From a virus (Duplodnaviria > Caudoviricetes), in IMG/VR virus record IMGVR_UViG_3300025108_000384, positions 1 to 24,082 of that record: DNA of 24,082 nucleotides; one strand, given 5' to 3'. Within the stretch, counting starts at the first letter, position 1. Every line of letters starts with the position of its first letter. The position numbers and the translations under genes were made by a program. The notes below the pieces were generated by a model. It saw only the letters and a list, made by a program, of their open reading frames with translations. It did no database searches and was not told the origin of the DNA. Positions 17,213 through 24,082 of the stretch are shown here, in pieces.

Positions 17213-18729
17213 TGTGCGGTTTTGTTGTAAGTACCGAAGGAAATAATATAGATGACATGCTAGATGCACAAAGATTTAGAGGGCCTGATGCTCGTGGTGA
17301 GACTATTAGGTACTTCAACGCATTAACATGGAGCCATGTATTATTAGATATTTCAGGAGAAAAAGAAGTTCAACCCTACATAACAAGCAAGGGAAACATA
17401 ATGGTATTTAATGGAGAAATGTATGACTCTAATATACCAAATGATACTAAATTTTTGGCAGATGGTTATGAGAAATATGGATTTAAATTTATAGAGTTTA
17501 CAAATTGGCACGGGTCTTTTTGTTATATGGACTATAAAAAAGGAATATGTGATATTGTAAGAGATCATTTTGGTACAAAACCTTTATGGATGAGAAGAGA
17601 AAAAAATAAAGGTATAAGTATAACGACAAGCCTAGCAAGTTTTAAAGATTCAAAAGCAGAACCTTTAACAGATAAATTTCTTGGTAATGCTATATGGATA
17701 GGAAAGAATAGTCCTTTTGAGGGAGTCAGAAAAGTAGAACCTGGACAATTGTATCATTATAACATAGCTTCAGGAGTACTAAAAAGAGGTTTAAATTTAT
17801 GGGGAGGTTATAGAATAGAAAATAATCCCTTTAACCCAGAGCAGTTTAAAACTGAGTTAATAAAAGGCATAAGGAAAGTAGCAAAAAATAAACAAAAAAC
17901 AGCTATATTTTTAAGTGGTGGATTAGACAGTACTTGTGCATTAGGTGTAGTAAAAGATATGGGATTAGATTTAACTGCTTATATTTGTGCATACTCTGAC
18001 GAAAAAGGAGATATGTATAGACAGGAAATATTTGCAGACGAATCAAAACTAGCAATTAAGACTTGTGAAGAGTGGGGAGTTCCATATAAAGTAGTAACTC
18101 TAACTAAACAACAAAGAGATGACTACGGAAAAGCATGGCTTGAAGGCAATAATTATATATGGAATGATAATAATAGAAGAGCACCTAGATACGCTCTTGC
18201 TAAAGCAGCATCTGAAGATGGTTGTAAGGTCGTCTTGACAGGGGATAGTGCAGATGAGTTTTTTAGTGGCTATCAACATCATGCTAAAAGATACACAAAA
18301 GGTTATAATGATAGTTGGAAAGAAGAATTTCCTAAAAGAGAGCCTTGGGTACAAAGTAGCATATTTGAACACGATAAGCAAGGATTTAACTCTACACTAT
18401 TTATAGACTTAATGATAACAAGTGAAAACAATGTGTTAGCTGCTGACCAGACTTGTGGGTTATTTGGAATGGAGTCGAGACCTGTGTATCTTACACAAGA
18501 ATTTGCTAGATATATTTATCAACAAGATGGTAGAGTAAAGATGAAACTACATAAAGACTACTCTTCAGGAACTTATAAATATTTATTACGAGAAGTTATG
18601 AAAGACTATTTACCAAAACATATACAAGATAGAAAAAGAAAATGTGGATGGTCTAGTCCTTGGGATAATAATTCTAATGCAATGAAAAAACAAAATAAAA
18701 AAGTATGGGAAGAATGGACAAAACAATAG
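17212..18729 (+). CDS. Asparagine synthase (glutamine-hydrolysing)-like amidotransferase
   Basis: N-terminal MCG nucleophile, RGPD, FNGEMY, RDHFGTKPL, PP-loop FLSGGLDS, VLTGDSADEFFSGY, GMESRP, KYLLRE. Start re-assigned to ATG 17212 (TAATG overlap). Confidence 0.92.
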   Translation: MCGFVVSTEGNNIDDMLDAQRFRGPDARGETIRYFNALTWSHVLLDISGEKEVQPYITSKGNIMVFNGEMYDSNIPNDTKFLADGYEKYGFKFIEFTNWHGSFCYMDYKKGICDIVRDHFGTKPLWMRREKNKGISITTSLASFKDSKAEPLTDKFLGNAIWIGKNSPFEGVRKVEPGQLYHYNIASGVLKRGLNLWGGYRIENNPFNPEQFKTELIKGIRKVAKNKQKTAIFLSGGLDSTCALGVVKDMGLDLTAYICAYSDEKGDMYRQEIFADESKLAIKTCEEWGVPYKVVTLTKQQRDDYGKAWLEGNNYIWNDNNRRAPRYALAKAASEDGCKVVLTGDSADEFFSGYQHHAKRYTKGYNDSWKEEFPKREPWVQSSIFEHDKQGFNSTLFIDLMITSENNVLAADQTCGLFGMESRPVYLTQEFARYIYQQDGRVKMKLHKDYSSGTYKYLLREVMKDYLPKHIQDRKRKCGWSSPWDNNSNAMKKQNKKVWEEWTKQ

Positions 18730-19121
18730 GATTTACTTGTGGAGCATTTGATTTGCTACATGCAGGACATATAGTAATGCTAAAAGAAGCAAAGGATAAC
18801 TGCGACCATTTAATAGTAGGGCTACAAACAGACCCGAGCATTGACAGACAAGACAAAAATCAACCAGTACAATCAGTATTTGAAAGATATATACAATTAA
18901 GAGCAGTAAAGTATATTGACGAAATTGTCCCTTATGACACAGAACAAAGTTTGTTAGATTTGCTAGAAGCAACACCAATACATCTTAGATTTGTAGGTGA
19001 AGATTGGACAGATAGACATTTTACAGGAAAAGGATTACATGAAGTTTTTTACACTAGTAGAGCTCATTCTTTTTCTAGTACTAATTTAAGAAATAAGATA
19101 AATGAAAGCAGTTCTAAGTAA
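18714..19121 (+). CDS. Cytidylyltransferase, TagD/glycerol-3-phosphate CT-like (HxGH nucleotidyltransferase)
   Basis: GFTCGAFDLLHAGH, LIVGLQTD, PVQSVFER, VGEDW, FSSTNLR. Confidence 0.9.
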   Translation: MDKTIGFTCGAFDLLHAGHIVMLKEAKDNCDHLIVGLQTDPSIDRQDKNQPVQSVFERYIQLRAVKYIDEIVPYDTEQSLLDLLEATPIHLRFVGEDWTDRHFTGKGLHEVFYTSRAHSFSSTNLRNKINESSSK

Positions 19122-20385
19122 CAGAATATACATGAGTGTAACTAAAGAGTTACATAATTCTATAGAAAAAGAACTTACTTATACTATTGCTCCTCGTATA
19201 CCTTCAGACCCGCCTTTAGTATTTAAAACAATTCGTTTTATAAAAGAAGGTTTGATTTCTATACCTATCGGAAGAATGGATTTAATCCCAGATGATTACG
19301 AAATAATAGATAAGAGAACTAAGTCGCCAATAGAACATGCAGACTTTAAGTTTGATTTACGACCAAGCCAAAAGGCGGTTCATGATGAGATTAATGACAA
19401 TGCTATAGTTAACGCTTGGGTAAGTTGGGGAAAGACTTTTACAGGTTTAGCTATCGCAGCGAAGCTTGGTCAGAAAACACTTGTTGTTACTCACACTACC
19501 AACTTAAGAAATCAGTGGGAAAAAGAAGTACGAAAATGCTTTGGAATTGAACCAGGCAGAATAGGTAGTGGAGACTTTAAAATTGACGCTCCTATAGTTA
19601 TCGGGAATATTCAGAGTTTATACCGAAAAATGGACGACATAAAACAAGAATTTGGAACATTGATTTTAGATGAAATGCACCATGTTAGTAGTCCTACTTT
19701 TACTCGTATAGTAGACGAAATGCCCACTCGTTATAAGATAGGACTTACAGGAACATTAGAGCGTAAGGATGGAAGGCATGTAGTTTTTAGAGATTATTTT
19801 GGTAACAATATTTTTAAACCGCCAAAAGAAAATTATCTTACTCCTTCTGTACATATAGTAAAATCAGATATAAGATTTTTAGATGGTTCGTTTACGCCAT
19901 GGGCAGAAAGAATCAATGACTTAGCATATAAAGAAGAGTATGTACATAGTGTGGCTATGGTTGCTGCAAAATATGCTGCTTTAGGACATAATGTATTAGT
20001 AGTATCAGATAGAGTATTATTTTTAAAAGCATGTGCTAGACTAGTAGGAGATAATGCAGTATCAATTACAGGGGATATGGATTTTCAAGAAAGAGAAGAT
20101 ACTATGAAACTAATAAAAGGTAAAAATAAAAACATTTTATTTGGAACACAGTCTATTTTTTCAGAGGGAATATCACTAAATGAGTTAAGTTGTTTAGTAT
20201 TAGGAACGCCAGTTAACAATGAGCCTCTTCTCACGCAGTTAATAGGTAGAGTTATAAGAGAACAAGAAGGAAAAATACAACCAGTAGTGGTTGATATACA
20301 TTTAAAAGGAAAAACAGCAACCCGCCAAGCCAATGCTAGGATGGGTTACTATATAAAACAAGATTATGAGGTAAAAATATTATGA
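19102..20385 (+). CDS. D10: SF2 DNA helicase, T5 D10-like
   Basis: LRPSQ, GKT, ILDEMHH, GLTGTLERKDG, SEGIS, QLIGRVIR; syntenic position. Confidence 0.9.
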   Translation: MKAVLSNRIYMSVTKELHNSIEKELTYTIAPRIPSDPPLVFKTIRFIKEGLISIPIGRMDLIPDDYEIIDKRTKSPIEHADFKFDLRPSQKAVHDEINDNAIVNAWVSWGKTFTGLAIAAKLGQKTLVVTHTTNLRNQWEKEVRKCFGIEPGRIGSGDFKIDAPIVIGNIQSLYRKMDDIKQEFGTLILDEMHHVSSPTFTRIVDEMPTRYKIGLTGTLERKDGRHVVFRDYFGNNIFKPPKENYLTPSVHIVKSDIRFLDGSFTPWAERINDLAYKEEYVHSVAMVAAKYAALGHNVLVVSDRVLFLKACARLVGDNAVSITGDMDFQEREDTMKLIKGKNKNILFGTQSIFSEGISLNELSCLVLGTPVNNEPLLTQLIGRVIREQEGKIQPVVVDIHLKGKTATRQANARMGYYIKQDYEVKIL

Positions 20386-21314
20386 ATGAACCAAGAGAAA
20401 TTACTCTAAACATAGAGGAAATGCGAAAAAATAAAGTATTTTTAGCTACGCCTATGTATGGAGGTATGTGTCATGGACTATATACTAAGTCTTTGATGGA
20501 CACAACAGGGACAGCTTTATCCCATGGATTATATCTACAAATATACTATATGTTTAATGAAAGCTTAATTACTAGAGCTAGAAATTATTGTGTAGCTAAT
20601 TTTTTAAAGAGTGAGTGCGAATACTTACTTTTTGTAGATAGTGATATTGCATGGGGAGCTATGGATTTGATGTACATGTGGCATCTAATCTCAGAAAACC
20701 CCGAAAAGTACAGAGTACTATGTGCTTTATATCCTAAGAAAACTATAGCTTGGGAGAAAGTACTACATGCAGCAAAAAGCGGCGCATATGACGATGATCC
20801 TAGAGGACTAGAAAAGGTTGCAGGAGATATGGTATTTAATCCTTTACAGGATGAGTACCCAGGTGGACAAGCTCCTATATATGAACCTGTAAAAATTAAA
20901 GAAGGTGCAACAGGATTTATGCTTATTCATAGGTCTGTATTTGAAGAATACGATAAAGCTCACCCAGAAAGATTATATACTCCTGACCATTTAAGAGAAG
21001 GAGAGTTTGACCGAGGCGAACAGATTATGGCATATTTTGATTGTATAATCAATGACCAAAACAGATATTTAAGTGAAGATTATATGTTCTCGGAAACTGT
21101 AAGAGCATTGGGTATAGATATATGGGCACTGCCTATGGTAGAATTAATGCATTCTGGAAGTTACATATATCAAGGTAGTTTAATTAAAATGGCACAAGCG
21201 GGAGTACACGCTACTTTAGACCCAGCAGATGAAAAATTACTAAGAAAAGCAAGTAAACAAGGTGGCCATATTCAGCAGAAACCTCCTTATGGTGCTGAGA
21301 AAAATAGTTCTTGA
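20382..21314 (+). CDS. GT-A fold glycosyltransferase-like phage protein
   Basis: VFLATPMYGG, ESLITRARN, LLFVDSDI (DxD), ATGFMLIHRSVFE, YLSEDYMF, H-x-G. Confidence 0.75.
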   Translation: MNEPREITLNIEEMRKNKVFLATPMYGGMCHGLYTKSLMDTTGTALSHGLYLQIYYMFNESLITRARNYCVANFLKSECEYLLFVDSDIAWGAMDLMYMWHLISENPEKYRVLCALYPKKTIAWEKVLHAAKSGAYDDDPRGLEKVAGDMVFNPLQDEYPGGQAPIYEPVKIKEGATGFMLIHRSVFEEYDKAHPERLYTPDHLREGEFDRGEQIMAYFDCIINDQNRYLSEDYMFSETVRALGIDIWALPMVELMHSGSYIYQGSLIKMAQAGVHATLDPADEKLLRKASKQGGHIQQKPPYGAEKNSS

Positions 21315-21339
21315 CACAATCTTAAAAATTTGTTATAAT
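21300..21339 (+). promoter_or_regulatory. Strong sigma70-type phage promoter P5 (D11-D13)
   Basis: AAAAATAGTTC, TTGACA (21311-21316), 17 bp spacer, TATAAT (21334-21339). Confidence 0.88.
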
Positions 21340-21732
21340 ATGTTACTATTTAATTGGAATAAGATAATGAGAGTAAGCGAAGGAAGTGTTGACGATATAA
21401 TACAAATCCTTCGCATTATGACTTATAAGATTCAACCAAAAAATTACTATGATAAGACATTTAAGTTTTATCAGCATCGTTTCGGCGGCAAGTCGTATCT
21501 CCAAAATCCGAGAGAGCTACTTGAAGTTGGGCGCACATTTAGTGATAGAGAAGTTGTAGAGTATGCAGGTGTCGCATCCTTTCGCAATTATCACGACTAT
21601 GTGAATACTAAAGACACCACACTAGACTGTTTGTTATCACCGATATCAGACAAAATTATAAAAAATAACAGACTGCTTGATATAAAGGATGGTCGGATTA
21701 CCTTTATGTTCGAGGAGACAATGGAGAAATAA
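21340..21732 (+). CDS. Conserved T5-like hypothetical protein (between D10 and D11)
   Basis: MLLFNWNKI...EYAGVASFRNY...NRLL...ITFMFEE; syntenic position. Start uncertain (21340 or 21367). Confidence 0.7.
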   Translation: MLLFNWNKIMRVSEGSVDDIIQILRIMTYKIQPKNYYDKTFKFYQHRFGGKSYLQNPRELLEVGRTFSDREVVEYAGVASFRNYHDYVNTKDTTLDCLLSPISDKIIKNNRLLDIKDGRITFMFEETMEK

Positions 21733-21733
21733 A

Positions 21734-22369
21734 ATGGCAATTGGATTCAACCAAACCAAGGGCTCAGCCCAAAAAAACAAAATAGAAACATATAACTACG
21801 CAGGTAAAGAAGACCACCACGTAAGACTGGTAGGAGACTTACTTCCTAGATATGTGTACTGGATTAAAGGAGAAAATGGCAAAAACATTCCTATGGAGTG
21901 CTTATCTTTTGACAGAAACTCTGAAACATTCAACAATGTAGAACATGACCATGTTCGAGACTTTTACCCTGATTTAAAATGTGGATGGAGTTATGCCATT
22001 CAGTGTATTGACTACGCCGATAAATCTATAAAAGTTCTTAATCTAAAAAGAAAGTTATTTGACCAAGTTATAGTAGCTATGGAAGAGTTGGGAGACCCAA
22101 CAGATCCAGTTACTGGTTATGACATTCATTTCAAGAGAAAGAAAACTGGCCCACAGGTATTCAACGTAGAATATCAGTTAGCAGTTCTTAAGTGTAAGCC
22201 AAGAGAGATGGAAGATTGGGAAAAAGAATTAACTTCAGGACTTAAGTCTATGGACGAAATTCTTGTTAGACCAACAGCAGATGCTCAGCTTGAACTATTG
22301 AGAAGAGTTAACAATCAAGAAGGTGGAGAAGTATCAGAAGATATATCTAGCGAGTTTGACGTTTCATGA
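21734..22369 (+). CDS. D11: T5 D11-like ssDNA-binding protein
   Basis: GGAG SD; VRLVGDLLPRYVYW, LKCGWSY, LGDPTDPVTGYDI..KR.KTGP..NVEY; acidic C-terminal tail. Confidence 0.85.
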   Translation: MAIGFNQTKGSAQKNKIETYNYAGKEDHHVRLVGDLLPRYVYWIKGENGKNIPMECLSFDRNSETFNNVEHDHVRDFYPDLKCGWSYAIQCIDYADKSIKVLNLKRKLFDQVIVAMEELGDPTDPVTGYDIHFKRKKTGPQVFNVEYQLAVLKCKPREMEDWEKELTSGLKSMDEILVRPTADAQLELLRRVNNQEGGEVSEDISSEFDVS

Positions 22370-23319
22370 TTTTATATACAGCAGACTGGCATATTAAGCT
22401 TGGACAAAAGAATGTACCTGTAGCGTGGGCTTGCTCTCGCTATGAGTTATTTTTTCAACAAGTACAGGAAGCTGTAGATAATCATGATGTAACTCTTCAT
22501 ATCATTGGTGGGGACTTGTTTGACCGAGTCCCTTCCATGGATGAGATTACTCTGTACTTTGACTTTGTAAAAAGACAAACAGTAGAGACAATTATCTATG
22601 ATGGCAACCATGAAGCCACTAGAAAGAATCAAACTTTCTTTGATAACTTAAAAAGAGTAACTAATCAACTTAACCCACTAGTAAGTGTGGTTACAGAAAC
22701 ATACTATAAAGACGACTGGTGTATACTACCTTACGCAGATTTACACAGAAAAAATAGTATAGAAAATATAGATGCAGATTATCTATTTACCCATGTGCGT
22801 GGAGAAATACCGCCACATGTTATGCCCGAAGTAGAACTAGAAAGATTTGATAAGTTCAAGACGGTTTTTGCAGGAGACTTACATGCTCACGAGAATACTC
22901 AACGAAACATTGTGTACCCTGGAAGCCCTATGACTACATCATTTCATAGAAATATAGTTAAGACTGGATATCTAATTATAGACGACAATTGGGACTGGAC
23001 ATGGCATGAATTTGACTTGCCCCAGTTACTAAGAAAGACTATCGAAGACCCAGCGGGTATGCAACAAACAGATTTCCATCACACTATTTATGAAGTTACA
23101 GGAGATGTACAGGATTTGGCCAAAGTCAAAAACTCAGACCTTCTTGATAAGAAAGTAGTAAATAGAACAGTAGATGCACGACTAGATTTAAGTGGAGACT
23201 TGACTATGTCGGACGAATTAATTAAATATCTACAAGAGATACTGTCTCTTGATGATGAAAAAGTAAAAAACATTATAGGAGTATTCAATGATTATTCTTC
23301 AGAAGTTGAAGTGGGATAA
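22366..23319 (+). CDS. D12: SbcD/Mre11-like recombination nuclease, T5 D12-like
   Basis: Metallophosphoesterase motifs TADWH, GGDLFD, DGNHE, FTH, AGDLH, YPGSP. Confidence 0.92.
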   Translation: MILYTADWHIKLGQKNVPVAWACSRYELFFQQVQEAVDNHDVTLHIIGGDLFDRVPSMDEITLYFDFVKRQTVETIIYDGNHEATRKNQTFFDNLKRVTNQLNPLVSVVTETYYKDDWCILPYADLHRKNSIENIDADYLFTHVRGEIPPHVMPEVELERFDKFKTVFAGDLHAHENTQRNIVYPGSPMTTSFHRNIVKTGYLIIDDNWDWTWHEFDLPQLLRKTIEDPAGMQQTDFHHTIYEVTGDVQDLAKVKNSDLLDKKVVNRTVDARLDLSGDLTMSDELIKYLQEILSLDDEKVKNIIGVFNDYSSEVEVG

Positions 23320-24082
23320 TTGTTTCTCATATGGCGAAGGCAACGAGTTAGATCTTTCCAGAGATACACTCACACAATTAGTCGGAACAAACGGCGTAGG
23401 TAAATCTTCCATACCTTTGATTTTGGAAGAAGTATTATTTAACAAAAATAGTAAAAATGTTAAAAAGGCGGATATAGCAAATAGATATGTTAACCAGGGT
23501 TATGATATTAGTCTCGACTTTACTGTCGATAGTAGCTTATATAGTATTGCTGTTAGTAGGCGTACTAACCTCAAATGTAAGTTAACAAAAGATGGCGAGG
23601 ATATAAGTTCTCATACAGCATCAAACACTTACAAAACACTCGGGGAAATACTGGGTATTGATTTTAAGACGTTTTCGCAATTAGTGTACCAAAATACTAA
23701 TGCTTCATTACAGTTTTTAACAGCAACAGATACAAATCGTAAAAAGTTCTTAATTGACTTACTAAAATTAGATGACTATGTAGCATACTTTGACACATTT
23801 AAAGAAGCAGTACGTGTTGCTTCTAGTGAAATGACAAGTGAGACTGCAAAAATTGCAACAATCGAAAAATGGTTAACAGACAATATTCTCGAAGATAGTT
23901 CCATACTTGATAAAATGATTTTACCAAAAATGTCAGAAAAAGACGAAGAATCTTTGCGTTCTTTACAATACGAATTTGAAAATATCTCGGAAAAGAATAA
24001 AAAAATAAATCTGAATGAAAATCTAAAAGAGCAGTTAAAAGCAATAGACCTTGATAAAGCAAAAATGCAGTTAACAAGCTAT
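23288..24082 (+). CDS. D13: SbcC/Rad50-like ATPase, T5 D13-like (3'-truncated; not in ORF track)
   Basis: MIILQKLKWDNCFSYG..., Walker A LVGTNGVGKSS, FSQLVYQ (Q-loop), FLTATDTNRKKFLIDLL, then coiled coil. Open to the window end. Confidence 0.92.
   Translation, partial: MIILQKLKWDNCFSYGEGNELDLSRDTLTQLVGTNGVGKSSIPLILEEVLFNKNSKNVKKADIANRYVNQGYDISLDFTVDSSLYSIAVSRRTNLKCKLTKDGEDISSHTASNTYKTLGEILGIDFKTFSQLVYQNTNASLQFLTATDTNRKKFLIDLLKLDDYVAYFDTFKEAVRVASSEMTSETAKIATIEKWLTDNILEDSSILDKMILPKMSEKDEESLRSLQYEFENISEKNKKINLNENLKEQLKAIDLDKAKMQLTSY

Noticed and set aside
5728-21733. Longer ORF-track starts at 5728, 9692, 11825, 12924, 17164, 21262 and 21689
   Set aside because: Downstream starts fit family N-termini, SD positions or promoter positions better. 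For example AsnB needs Cys at position 2, and 12924 is the -35 box of P4.
295-24077. All minus-strand ORFs in the track (for example 6231-6758, 9221-9541, 13791-14123, 23823-24077)
   Set aside because: They are antisense shadows of well-supported + strand genes, with no recognisable motifs and no minus-strand promoters noticed.
1-24082. tRNA, rRNA, CRISPR array, IS element or integrase
   Set aside because: None was seen. Intergenic space is minimal and accounted for by promoters and terminators. The repeated AAAATAGTTCTTGAC motif is dispersed kilobases apart and is not an array.

Overview
An AT-rich, densely packed window with essentially all genes on the + strand. It is the DNA-replication/recombination module of a T5-like (Demerecviridae-type) lytic siphophage. 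The core genes follow T5 order: D2, D3, hypothetical, PC4-like, NAD-dependent ligase subunit A, ligase subunit B, D5, DnaB-like helicase, primase, family A DNA polymerase, hypothetical, D10 helicase, hypothetical, D11 SSB, D12 (SbcD), D13 (SbcC, truncated). Five near-consensus sigma70 promoters share the motif AAAATA(G/A)T(T/C)C-TTGACN-17bp-TATAATAT, and there are two intrinsic terminators. The unusual feature is that many gaps between core genes, including the gap between the two ligase halves, hold accessory tailoring enzymes: two GT-A glycosyltransferase-like proteins, two sulfotransferase-like proteins, a NodU/CmcH carbamoyltransferase, an SGNH hydrolase, a SAM methyltransferase, an asparagine-synthase-like amidotransferase, a cytidylyltransferase and two ParB/Srx-like proteins. 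Together they suggest a dispersed phage-encoded glycan or DNA modification pathway (inference). All family calls come from motif recognition by eye; no database search was run.
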